Positions 48,319 through 57,349 of a stretch of DNA of 64,000 bases are shown one piece after another. The stretch is from Thermoanaerobaculia bacterium (GTDB lineage: Bacteria > Acidobacteriota > Thermoanaerobaculia > UBA5066 > Gp7-AA6): contig JBBSEW010000013.1 in the NCBI GenBank assembly GCA_038239305.1, forward strand, positions 4,245-68,244, read 5' to 3'. A model generated the notes under the pieces. It saw only the letters and a list, made by a program, of their open reading frames with translations, did not search any database and was not told the DNA's origin. The position numbers and the translations under genes were made by a program. Numbering within the stretch: position 1 is the stretch's first letter; each line of letters opens with the position of its first letter.

Positions 48319-49185
48319 GTGGCGCTTTACAATCGCCCCGTGCCTTCCATCGACCGCGTCCGCGTGCTCTCCCGGGATGCTTCCGGCGAGATCGAACGCA
48401 TGGATGCGCTGGCGGTCGAGGAGCCCCTCGAGATCCGCCTCCAGTCCGAGGCCAGCGGGGCGGCCGAGCCCTTCGTCACGACGATGCGGACCCCCGGGCA
48501 AGACGAGGATCTCGCCGCCGGGCTGCTGTTTGCCGAAGGAGTCCTGGTCGAGCGATCCGATCTCCTCCGGCTGGGGCGCCCGGCGGATCCGCGGATCGAC
48601 CCGGAGCTGCGGGAAAATGTCGTCGTCGCCACGATCTCCGAAGCGGCGCTCTCGCGTAGCACGGCGCTGCGCCGCCGGACGGTCATGGGGTCGGCGTGCG
48701 GCGTGTGCGGGAAGACTTCGATCGAGAACGTGATTCCGGCGGATCGGCCGCCGATTGCATCGGATCTCGTCGTTTCCTCCGAGCTGTTGCTCGCCCTCCC
48801 CGACCGGCTCCGGCAGGGCCAGTCCGTCTTCGGCGAGACGGGCGGGCTGCACGCCGCCGGGCTCTTCGACCGGGAGGGCCGCCCGGGCGCCATTCGAGAG
48901 GACGTCGGGAGGCACAACGCGGTCGATAAGCTGGTCGGGTACTTCTGGCGGGAGAACCGGTTTCCGCTATCCGACTTCGTGCTGGTCGTCTCCGGCCGTG
49001 CAGGTTTCGAGATCGCCCAGAAAGCGGCGGCTGCCGGAATCCCGATCGCCGCCTCGGTCTCCGCGCCGTCGAGCCTCGCCGTCGAGCTCGCCGACGCCGC
49101 CGGCCTCACTCTCGTCGGCTTCCTCCGGCCTCCGCGCTACAACATCTACTCCCATCCGAAAAGGATCCGCGCCGGCCCTTCGTAA
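48319..49185 (+). CDS. fdhD: formate dehydrogenase accessory sulfurtransferase FdhD
   Basis: ..VEEPLEIRL..MRTPGQDEDLAAGLLFAEG..GSACGVCGKTSIE..GGLHAAGLF..REDVGRHNAVDK.. The start may instead be GTG 48340. Confidence 0.85.
   Translation: MALYNRPVPSIDRVRVLSRDASGEIERMDALAVEEPLEIRLQSEASGAAEPFVTTMRTPGQDEDLAAGLLFAEGVLVERSDLLRLGRPADPRIDPELRENVVVATISEAALSRSTALRRRTVMGSACGVCGKTSIENVIPADRPPIASDLVVSSELLLALPDRLRQGQSVFGETGGLHAAGLFDREGRPGAIREDVGRHNAVDKLVGYFWRENRFPLSDFVLVVSGRAGFEIAQKAAAAGIPIAASVSAPSSLAVELADAAGLTLVGFLRPPRYNIYSHPKRIRAGPS
48328..48333 (+). promoter_or_regulatory. candidate -10 box TACAAT, 6 nt upstream of an in-frame GTG (48340) of fdhD
   Basis: TACAATCGCCCCGTG is nearly identical to TATAATCGCCGCGTG at 58190-58204. 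Confidence 0.3.
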
Positions 49186-49299
49186 TTGTCGAAAAAGAGA
49201 ACGCTTCGCGGCGGCGCAGATTGACGTTGACATTGCGGGCGTGCGGGCGTCGAATAATGTCCGACTCGAACGTCCTGTTTCCCCGTGAGGAGGTCTGGC

Positions 49300-52200
49300 A
49301 TGGAGCTCACGCGCCGGGGATTCTTGAAGGCTTCGGTGGCGGGCGGGTCGCTCGCCCTCGGATTCGACGTCGGCACGGCGAAGGCCGAGATGCGCGAGTT
49401 CAAGATTTCGCGCACCACGGAAACGCGAAGCACCTGCCCTTACTGCGCGGTCTCGTGCGGGATGATCATCCATACGCTCGGCGACAAGGCGAAAAACGCC
49501 ACGGCGTCCGTCGTGCACGTCGAAGGCGACCCCGAGCACCCGATCAACCGCGGCACGCTCTGCCCCAAGGGCGCCACCGTGAAGGACGACATCAACAGCC
49601 CCAACCGGCTGACGAAACCGCGGGTCCGGCGCCCTGGCTCGGACAAGTGGGAAGACATCACATGGGACGAGGCGATCGCCGGGATCGCGCGGCACGTCAA
49701 GACGACGCGCGACAAGTGCTTCGTCGAAAAGAACGCGAAGGGCCAGACGGTGCGCCGCAATCCCGGCATGGCGATGATCGGCGGCTGCACCGACACGACC
49801 GAATTCAATTTCCTCTACTGGAAGAGCGCTTCCGCCTGGGGGGTCCCGTATCGGGACACCCAGGCCCGTGTTTGACACGGCCCCACGGTGGCCAGTTTGG
49901 CCGCCACGTTCGGTCGGGGAGCGATGACAAACGGATGGGTCGACATCAAGAATGCCGACGTCGTCCTTTGCATGGGCGGCAATCCCGCGGAGAACCACCC
50001 CTGCGGATTCAAGTGGGCGATCGAGGCGCGGCGCGTCCGTAACGCGAAGATCGTCGTGGTCGATCCGCGCTTCACGCGCACGGCCGCCGTCGCGGATCTC
50101 TATTCGCCGGTGCGGGTCGGGTCGGACATCGCCTACCTGCTCGGCATCATCCGCTACGCGATCGAGACGAAGCGTTACCACGACGAATACGTCAAGATTC
50201 ACACGAACGCTCCCTACATCGTCGGCGAGAAGTTCGGATTCGAGGACGGGTTCTTCTCCGGCTTCGACGAGGCGAAGAAGACCTACGACAAGACAGCATG
50301 GGGCTACGAAGCCGATGCGAAGTCCAAGACCTACTCCGTGGATCCGACGCTCGAGAATCCGCGCTGCGTCTTCCAGCTCCTGAAGAAGCACGTCGACCGC
50401 TACACGCCCGAGATGGTCGAGAAGATCTGCGGAGTGCCGAAGGCGACGTTCCTCAAGGTGGCCGAGCTCGTCACCTCGACGGGCAACGCCCAGAAGGCCG
50501 GTACCATCCTGTACGCCCTCGGCTGGACGCAGCATTCGGTCGGCGTCCAGATGATCCGTGCGGCGGCGATGCTGCAGCTGCTTCTGGGAAACGTCGGCCG
50601 GCCGGGCGGCGGCGTCAACGCTCTGCGGGGCCACTCGAACATCCAGGGCGCGACGGACACGGCGGGCGTTTTCGACATCCTGCCGGGCTATCTCAAGACT
50701 CCCGCGGCGGACGCGCAGACGCTCAAGGACTACTTCACGGCCTCGACTCCGACGATCCTCGGCAACCAGGCGTGGGCGTCCATGAACTATTGGTCGAACT
50801 ATCCGAAGTTCATGGTGTCGCTGCTGAAGTCCCTCTACGGGAAGGCTTCCACGCGGGAGAACGACTGGGGCTACGCCTGGCTCCCGAAGATCGACGGCAA
50901 CTACTCCTGGATGTACATCTTCGACGACATGTATCGCGGCAACTCCAAGCGCGCGGGCGGAGACGAACCGGGGCCGGAGGGTCTCATGACCTTCGGGATG
51001 AACCCGGTCGGCATCGGCCCCAACGTGAAGAAGATGATTGGCGCCCACTCGAAGCTCAAGTGGCTCGTCGTCGTCGAGAACCACGAAGTCGAAACGTCGA
51101 CGTTCTGGACGGCGCCGAAAGAGTACGGCACCCCGGCCGCCTCCGCGATCCCGACCGAGGTGTACCTCCTTCCGGCGAGCAATTTCGCCGAGAAGGACGG
51201 CAGTTTCACGAACTCGGCGCGCTGGATCCAGTGGAAATGGAAGGCCCTCGATCCACCGGGACAGGCAAAGACCGACCAGGAGATCCTCGCGCGCATCTTC
51301 CTGGCCGTCCGGGAGCTCTATCGCAAGGAAGGCGGCGCGTGCCCCGAGCAGGTGGCGAGCGTCTCCTGGGCCTACTCGAATCCGGTCGCTCCGGATCTCG
51401 GAGAGGTCCTGAAGGAGTTGAACGGGAAGGCGCTCGCCGACCTGCCGGATCCGGCCGACAAGACGAAGACGAAAGTCCTCAAGACGGCCGGGCAGCAGCT
51501 CGACGGATTCGGCCAGCTGACGGATGACGGCTCGACCGCGTGCGGGAACTGGCTCATGACCGGCGTGTTCACGGAAGCCGGCAACATGTCCCAGCGCCGG
51601 AATCCGGTGGACGACGCGAACGGTCTCGGGATGTTTCACAACTGGGGGTTCTCGTGGCCGGCGAACCGCCGCGTCATGTACAACCGCGCGTCCGCCGATG
51701 CAAACGGAAAGGCATGGGATCCGACGCGAGTCGGAATCCAGTGGAACGGCGAAAAGTGGGTCGGCGACGTGCCCGACATCAAGCCGGACTCCCCTCCCGG
51801 CCAGTTCGGCGCGTTCATCATGAATGCGGAGGGCGTCGGCCGCCTGTTCGCGCCGTCCTTGAACGACGGGCCGTTCCCGGAGCATTACGAGGCAGTCGAG
51901 GCGCCATGCGACAACGTCCTGCATCCGAAGGTCACATCGAGCCCGGTCACCGTCCGCTTCAAGTCGGACAAGGACATCTACGGGACGCGAGACAAGTTTC
52001 CCATCATCTGCACGACGTACCGGCTCACCGAGATGTACCACTACTGGACGCAGCATTTGCCCCGCCTGAACATGCTGCAGCCCGGGCAATTCTTCGAGAT
52101 TCCCGAGGAGCTCGCGAATCAGAAGGGCATCGCCAACGGCGACCGCGCGCGAATCACTTCGGCCCGAGGGTCGGTCGAGGGGGTCGCGATGGTGACGAAG

Positions 52201-52386
52201 CGGCTGCGCCCGATGCAGATCGACGGCAAGCCCCTGTGGCAGGTCGGTATGCCGATCCACTGGGGATTCGCGGGTGAAAAGGGTCACACGGGAACGCTCG
52301 CCAACATCCTGACTCCAACCGCCATGGATCCGAACACGTGGACGCCGGAATTCAAGTCCTTCCTCGTCCAGCTCGAGAAAGCCTGA
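49300..52386 (+). CDS. fdnG: formate dehydrogenase alpha subunit (FdnG/FdoG type, Tat-exported), selenocysteine encoded by in-frame TGA at 49873-49875
   Basis: Tat leader MELTRRGFLKAS. Track ORFs 49285-49875 and 49888-52386 share one frame and join as ..YRDTQARV-U-HGPTVASLAATFGRGAMTNGW.., matching the FdnG Sec motif. GAGGAGG RBS. Confidence 0.85.
49887..49905 (+). promoter_or_regulatory. candidate SECIS hairpin
   Basis: GGUGGCC-aguuu-GGCCGCC, a 7-8 bp stem including one G-U pair, starts 11 nt after the UGA. Confidence 0.55.
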
Positions 52387-52396
52387 GGACGCGCCG

Positions 52397-53287
52397 ATGA
52401 GCACACAGAACCTCGAGATTCGCCGCTCCTCCGCTTCGCTCTGGGGCTCCTCGTCCGGAATGCGAGTCATCCCCACGGTCTCCAAGTACATCGACACGTC
52501 CACCTGTATCGGGTGCAAAGCGTGCGAGGTGGCCTGCCAGGAATGGAACGACCTGGGCGTCCTCGAGACGACGCAGACGGGCACGTACCAGACGCTTCCG
52601 ACGCTGCACGCGCAGTACTGGAACCTGATCCGCTTCAATGAGCGCGATTTTGACGGCGGAATTGCCTGGCTCATGCGCAAAGATCAGTGCATGCACTGCG
52701 AGGAACCGGGCTGCCTCGCCGCCTGTCCAGCGCCTGGCGCCATCGTGCAGTACGAGAATGGAATCGTCGACGTGAATCCCGACCAGTGCATCGGGTGCCG
52801 CTACTGCGAGACGGGCTGCCCCTTCGACGTCCCCCGCTTCCACGAGACGACCGGCAAGATGGCGAAGTGCACGATGTGCGTCGATCGCGTCTCTGTCGGC
52901 CTGGAGCCCGCGTGCATCAAGTCCTGCCCCACCGGATGCCTCCATTTCGGAACGAAAGAAGACATGCTCACGCTCGCCCGCACCCGCGTCAGCCAGCTGA
53001 AGTCCAACGGGTTCGCGGATGCCGGCTACTACGATCCGCAGGGCGTCGGCGGCACCGGCGTGGTGACCGTGCTCGCGCATGCGAATCACCTCGACTGGTA
53101 CAACCTCCCCGCGGATCCGCGCGTGCCGATCCTCGTCAAGCTCTGGAAGTCCGTGCTTCGTCCCCTGGGGGCGGTCGCGATCTTCGGAGCGGTCGTCGGC
53201 GCGTTCGCCCACTTCATGAATTTCGGGCCCAAGGAAGTCCAGGGAGCCTCGAATCCGGAAGCGAATCTTCCTCCCCCGCAGAACTAG
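52397..53287 (+). CDS. fdnH: formate dehydrogenase beta (4Fe-4S) subunit with C-terminal membrane anchor
   Basis: Four Cys clusters (CIGCKACEVAC, CMHCEEPGCLAAC, CIGCRYCETGC, CTMCVDR..) plus a C-terminal hydrophobic helix. Confidence 0.85.
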   Translation: MSTQNLEIRRSSASLWGSSSGMRVIPTVSKYIDTSTCIGCKACEVACQEWNDLGVLETTQTGTYQTLPTLHAQYWNLIRFNERDFDGGIAWLMRKDQCMHCEEPGCLAACPAPGAIVQYENGIVDVNPDQCIGCRYCETGCPFDVPRFHETTGKMAKCTMCVDRVSVGLEPACIKSCPTGCLHFGTKEDMLTLARTRVSQLKSNGFADAGYYDPQGVGGTGVVTVLAHANHLDWYNLPADPRVPILVKLWKSVLRPLGAVAIFGAVVGAFAHFMNFGPKEVQGASNPEANLPPPQN

Positions 53288-53403
53288 ACGCCGGCGGGCA
53301 AGATGGGCAGGAGCATGCGAGTGCGAACGCGAGTGGCAGCGGTTGTGGCGTTAACAGGAGTCCGCCGGAACGGGCCGACGGGACACGGCATGAGGAGAAA
53401 GGT

Positions 53404-54105
53404 ATGAGCTCCGCAGTGCGCGACCGGGCCGTGGACGACGCCGTCACCGTGGCCCGCGACCGGGAGGACGTGGCGGTCGGAAACGAGATCATTCGCCACA
53501 AGCTCTCATCGCGGTGGATCCACTGGTCGGTGGCCGGAACGTTCTTCGTCTGCCTCCTTTCCGGCATGCCGATCTGGACGCCGGTTTTCGGCTGGATGGC
53601 GCACCTCTTCGGCGGGCTCGCCACGGCGCGGGTCATTCATCCGTACGCGGGCATCGCGTTCGTCATCGCTTCGGTCGTGATGTTCTTCCAGTGGCTGGGA
53701 GACATGATCCTGCTCCCCTCGGAGCGGGGCTGGCTCGGGCCCAAGGCCATCGAGTACATGCGCTATCAGGGCGACGACCCGGACGTCGGGAAGTACAACG
53801 GCGGACAGAAGCTCTATTTCTTCGGTGTCTCGCTCGGAGCCGTCGGGCTCTTTCTCTCCGGCCTCGTCATGTGGTTTCCGACCTCGTTCCCGCCGATCGT
53901 CCGCCAGCTCTCGTACCTGCTGCACGACTTCACGTTCATCATGTTCGGCGCGTCGATCGTCGGGCACATCTATCTCTCGACCGCCGCCGAGCCGGGGACC
54001 TTCGGGTCGATGATCCGCGGCACGGTCACCCGGGCCTGGGCCCGCCTGCATCACCCGCGCTGGTATCGCGAAGTCACGGGTGAAGACCGTCCCCCCCGCG
54101 GCTGA
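53404..54105 (+). CDS. fdnI: formate dehydrogenase gamma (cytochrome b556) subunit
   Basis: Four TM helices with conserved His (..IIRHKLSSRWIHW.., ..RVIHPYAG.., ..IVGHIYL..). AGGAGAAAGG RBS. Confidence 0.8.
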   Translation: MSSAVRDRAVDDAVTVARDREDVAVGNEIIRHKLSSRWIHWSVAGTFFVCLLSGMPIWTPVFGWMAHLFGGLATARVIHPYAGIAFVIASVVMFFQWLGDMILLPSERGWLGPKAIEYMRYQGDDPDVGKYNGGQKLYFFGVSLGAVGLFLSGLVMWFPTSFPPIVRQLSYLLHDFTFIMFGASIVGHIYLSTAAEPGTFGSMIRGTVTRAWARLHHPRWYREVTGEDRPPRG

Positions 54106-54895
54106 GGCGGCGGCGCAGGCATTCGAGCGCCGGGCCGCGCGCGCGGCGGAGCTCGCACCGGGCTCCGATTCCGCGCGCGAACCGCTCCTCTTCGCCGCGG
54201 ACCTCTGCCGGGCTCAGGGCCGCGAGGCCGCCCAGCTCTGGAAACGCCACGCCGAGGCTCCGCTCGCGGGATCGCTGGCGAAGGACTTCGACCGGCTGGA
54301 ACCCGGCGTCCGCACGATCTTCCGGTCGATCGCGACGCGGGCGCCCGAGCCCCTCGCCGGGGAGGCGGCCGGACGCGAAATCGAGGATCGCGACGTCGCC
54401 CGTTCGCGCCTGGAGGTCTACTGGACCGGAGACCGTGGCGCGGCGGACGACTATCTGTCGCGCGCCGCTCTGCGGCCGTACGCGGAGGTACTTCGGTCCC
54501 TCGGCATCGTCCCGGACCGCATCCACCGCCGCGGCCACTGTCCGGCTTGCGGCGGGCCTCCGGCGATCGGCTCGCGGCGCGATGGCTCCACGATGGAGGG
54601 TGCGCGGCGATACCTCGGATGCGTGCAGTGCGGCGCCGAGTGGCTCTTCGAACGGATCCTCTGCCCGTCCTGCTTCGAGGAGGACCCGGTAAAGCTCCCC
54701 TCGTTCCAGAGCGACCGGCATCCGACCGTGCGTATCGAGGCCTGCGAGAACTGCCGCCGCTATGTGAAGTCGATCGATCTTTCCGAGGATGCCCGCCCCA
54801 TCCCCGAGATCGACGACCTGCTCTCGATCGCGATGGATCTCTGGGCGGCCGAGCAGGGATTCACGCGGATCGAGCCCGGGCTCGCCGGCCTCTGA
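54080..54895 (+). CDS. fdhE: formate dehydrogenase accessory protein FdhE
   Basis: Rubredoxin-like Cys pairs (CPACGG.., CVQCGAEW.., CPSC.., CENCRRYVK). The GTG start overlaps the fdnI 3' end by 26 nt. Confidence 0.8.
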   Translation: MKTVPPAAEAAAQAFERRAARAAELAPGSDSAREPLLFAADLCRAQGREAAQLWKRHAEAPLAGSLAKDFDRLEPGVRTIFRSIATRAPEPLAGEAAGREIEDRDVARSRLEVYWTGDRGAADDYLSRAALRPYAEVLRSLGIVPDRIHRRGHCPACGGPPAIGSRRDGSTMEGARRYLGCVQCGAEWLFERILCPSCFEEDPVKLPSFQSDRHPTVRIEACENCRRYVKSIDLSEDARPIPEIDDLLSIAMDLWAAEQGFTRIEPGLAGL

Positions 54896-54899
54896 CGCC

Positions 54900-55349
54900 A
54901 TGGCGGAGCCGCCGCCTCCCGAAGACCTCCTGAGAGATGCCCATCGCGCGCTCCGGGCGCGCTTCGGCGATTTCCGGCAGGCTCTCGAGAGACGCGACGA
55001 AACAGCCTACCGGGTCGCGCTCACGGATTTTCATGCGAATCTCCGCCGCTGGACCTCCGCCCTCGAAGAGACGCTCGTCCCCGCGCTCATGCGCCTCGCT
55101 GTTCCGCGAAAGGATCTCTCCCGCGAGATGCGCCTGGATTTCGTCCAGCTGCGGGAGCTGACCCGCCACATCGGCGAGCAATTTGACGGGCGGGCGCCTC
55201 TCTCGGACATTCTGGGCCTGGTGGAGAACCTCGGCCGCCGGCTGGACGGCCATGGCGTCCAGATCGACCAGGTCTACGCCCCGGCGGCCGCGGGCGCTCT
55301 CGACGCCGCGGGCTGGAAAGCGCTCGAAGCCGCTCGCCCGAGCGCCTGA
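54900..55349 (+). CDS. hypothetical protein, possibly hemerythrin-like four-helix domain
   Basis: 149 aa, 4 nt after the fdhE stop. Repeated H..E spacing (..DAHRAL.., ..FHANLRRWTSALEETLVPAL.., ..LTRHIGEQ.., ..LDGHGVQIDQV..). High GC3. Confidence 0.45.
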   Translation: MAEPPPPEDLLRDAHRALRARFGDFRQALERRDETAYRVALTDFHANLRRWTSALEETLVPALMRLAVPRKDLSREMRLDFVQLRELTRHIGEQFDGRAPLSDILGLVENLGRRLDGHGVQIDQVYAPAAAGALDAAGWKALEAARPSA

Positions 55350-55535
55350 GGGGCGTCTCCGCAACAACGCGGCCTGTAACACCCGGGAGCAAGACTCGTA
55401 TCCGGCAATGGAAGAAGATCTCCGACCAGAGGCGGGCACCGAACCGGTGGACGACCCGTGGGCATCATCTGCTCTGAAGCGAGCTTCCACGACTCACGCC
55501 CAGAACCGATTCGCCTCACACCCCGTCACGACGTA

Positions 55536-55560
55536 TCACGTATCGTGTCGCGATACGTGA
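55536..55560. repeat. perfect 10-bp inverted repeat TCACGTATCG-tgtcg-CGATACGTGA (preceded by ACGTATC direct repeat)
   Basis: Read directly, 187 nt after the last fdh-cluster stop. Could be a terminator or an operator. Confidence 0.75.
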
Positions 55561-55622
55561 GCTCCCCTCGGCTCCTGTCAAACGTCATAACGCTTGAGGA
55601 TCGGAGTTGTCGAGAACTCCGG

Positions 55623-55657
55623 AGGGTTGAAAGTCTCCGTCCAGGGTTGAGAGTCTC
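55623..55657 (+). repeat. two 15-nt direct repeats AGGGTTGA(A/G)AGTCTC spaced 20 nt start to start, next to hairpin CGGAGTT-gtcgag-AACTCCG (55602-55621)
   Basis: Read directly, inside the lower-GC orphan region. Confidence 0.8.
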
Positions 55658-55965
55658 TACAGAAGAATGCACGTCGTGTCGTGTTCTCGGCGTCTGCGCG
55701 CCCGCCGAACCAGAGTGGCACAACGGAAGAGTTGGTTGTTCCGCGCGGTCCGAGCGGAAGACCGTCTGTCGCCGGAGGCACGCCTCGCCCTCGCGGATCG
55801 TCCCGAGTCCGAACTGCCGGTAGGGCGAGCGCGGCGGAGCATTGAGCCTCCTCCGCTTCCGGTTCCCGGGTCGTCATCGGTTCCCACACCAAAAAACCCG
55901 GACGTCCTGCCGCAACTCCCCTGAGTCAGCCTTTCGATCGGACCGGAGCCCGGGTCGGCCCGGTC

Positions 55966-56325
55966 TCAGCCGAGCTGCGGAAAGTCGGACTCGCCCGCCG
56001 AGTCCTCCGCGCGCGGCAGAAGGGTGCGGTACGCCGACTGGAGGCGATCCGCGGTCCAGCCGAGAAAGACGCCTTCGCCTCGATAGAGGCTGACCGTCGG
56101 CGACAGCTCGATGAGCGAAATCATGCCCTCGCCCTCGGTCGCGACGGCGCGCAGCCGCCAGGCTGACCGCGTGACAAGGCTCTCGCGGGTACGGATCGGC
56201 GAGCGCCCGAGCGACAGGCACCGGACGTCCTTCAGGCCGCCGAGGGGGTCCTGCGAGCCCGCCGCCTCGCCCCCCGGGCCCTCGCCCGCCGCCGGCCGAT
56301 GCAGAGTCGGATCTTCGGAGCTCAC
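55966..56325 (-). CDS. hypothetical protein, translationally coupled to moaA
   Basis: 119 aa with high GC3. The GTG start is 1 nt after the moaA stop. No family recognised. Confidence 0.5.
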   Translation of the reverse strand: MSSEDPTLHRPAAGEGPGGEAAGSQDPLGGLKDVRCLSLGRSPIRTRESLVTRSAWRLRAVATEGEGMISLIELSPTVSLYRGEGVFLGWTADRLQSAYRTLLPRAEDSAGESDFPQLG

Positions 56326-56326
56326 G

Positions 56327-57349
56327 TCAGCCTCCCCGGGTATGCATCTCGAGGTGAGGATCCCGGCGCAGCCCGGAAGCGTCGACGAGCGGCGCGCGTC
56401 CGATCACGGCGAGCCGCTCCTCGGCGCCGCGATCAGTTCGCGCCGTCCAGGTCTCGGCGAGTATCCGGGAGAGTTCGTCGGTTGCTGCGCCAGACCGGAG
56501 CGGCCCCCGCAGATCGAGGCCGACGCTCGCATAGAGGCATCGATACCAGAGCCCGTCCGCGGTCAGGCGGCTGCGGTCGCACGTCGCGCAGAAGGGCGCG
56601 GTGGTCGAGGCAATGATTCCGAAGACCGTTCCGTCGGCGAGCCGGAATCGCTCCGCGGGCGCCGAGCTCTTTTCTACGACCGGAGCGGGCACTCCGTGAC
56701 GCTCCGAGATCCGGTCGAGAATCTCGCGTCGCGAGACCACTTTCTCCGGAGCCCAATGGGTCGCCCCGCCGACGTCCATATACTCGATGAACCGGACCTC
56801 CGCGCCGTTTTGCCGGCCGAAGTCGAGCAGGTCGAGGATCTCGTCCTCGTTCACGCCGCGGATCATCACGCTGTCGAGCTTGACGCTCGAGAACCCGGCG
56901 CGCGAAGCGGCTTCGATTCCCGCAAGCACGCGCGCATGCTCATCGAACCGCGTGACCGAGGAGAATCGATCCGGCCGCAGCGTGTCGAGGCTGACGGTGA
57001 TCCGGCGGAGACCGGCCTTCCGAAGATCCGCGGCGTGGTCCGCGAGGAGCACGCCGTTCGTGGTGAGAGCGAGGTCGGCGAGACCGGTTTTCCCGGCGAG
57101 CATCGAAACGAGCGCCGGAAGGTCCCGGCGGATCAGGGGCTCGCCTCCGGTCAACCGGACGCGGTCGACGCCGACGGCCATGAAAGCGTCGACGAGCGAT
57201 GAGATCTCCTCGAACGTGAGCACGTCCTCGCGCGGAAGCCAAACGTAGTGGCGCTCCGGCATGCAGTACTGGCACCGGAGGTTGCACCGGTCCGTGACGG
57301 AAATCCGAAGGTTCCGGAGGGGACGGCCGTGCCGGTCGACGGGGTTCAC
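56327..57349 (-). CDS. moaA: GTP 3',8-cyclase (molybdenum cofactor biosynthesis protein A)
   Basis: Radical-SAM CNLRCQYC, ..RLTGGEPL.., and C-terminal CATCDRSRLTADG cluster motif. The GTG at 57349 overlaps the upstream stop (GTGA). Confidence 0.85.
   Translation of the reverse strand: MNPVDRHGRPLRNLRISVTDRCNLRCQYCMPERHYVWLPREDVLTFEEISSLVDAFMAVGVDRVRLTGGEPLIRRDLPALVSMLAGKTGLADLALTTNGVLLADHAADLRKAGLRRITVSLDTLRPDRFSSVTRFDEHARVLAGIEAASRAGFSSVKLDSVMIRGVNEDEILDLLDFGRQNGAEVRFIEYMDVGGATHWAPEKVVSRREILDRISERHGVPAPVVEKSSAPAERFRLADGTVFGIIASTTAPFCATCDRSRLTADGLWYRCLYASVGLDLRGPLRSGAATDELSRILAETWTARTDRGAEERLAVIGRAPLVDASGLRRDPHLEMHTRGG

Noticed and set aside
49221-49258. TTGACG/TTGACA plus AATAAT as the fdnG sigma70 promoter
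   Set aside because: The spacing from TTGACA to the best -10-like hexamer is 19-20 nt, too long. I could not settle on a convincing pair, so I am not reporting it as a feature.
48967-52680. 1237-aa minus-strand ORF
   Set aside because: It is antisense to fdhD/fdnG/fdnH and is a shadow ORF. The same applies to 15246-17894, 38749-40596, 38906-40963, 44566-46383 and 22780-23829 opposite real genes.
53303-53407. 34-codon ORF between fdnH and fdnI whose TGA overlaps the fdnI ATG
   Set aside because: It has many A-ending codons (cga, gca, tta, aca, gga, aga, gta), unlike local genes, and no RBS. It is probably just the fdnI leader, though ribosome profiling could revisit this.
55706-55732. TGGCAC at 55706 as a second sigma54 promoter
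   Set aside because: The nearest TTGG is 10 nt away rather than 5, there is no GC at -12 in register, and there is no downstream gene.
55578-55892. 104-aa minus-strand ORF (and plus-strand ORFs 55458-55823 and 55667-55924) as genes in the orphan region
   Set aside because: Roughly a third of codons end in A/T, versus very few in neighbouring genes. There is no RBS, and the sequences are Arg/Ser/Pro-rich with no motifs. I kept the region as a non-coding finding instead.
55350-55965. tRNA-Sec (selC), tmRNA or RNase P RNA next to the Sec-dependent fdh cluster
   Set aside because: I looked on both strands for a TPsiC-loop (GTTCRANYC) and a U-UCA-A anticodon loop flanked by a stem, and found none. 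The GAAAGTCTC strings (here and at 48024-48032) only superficially resemble the RNase P GGAAAGTCCGGGC core.
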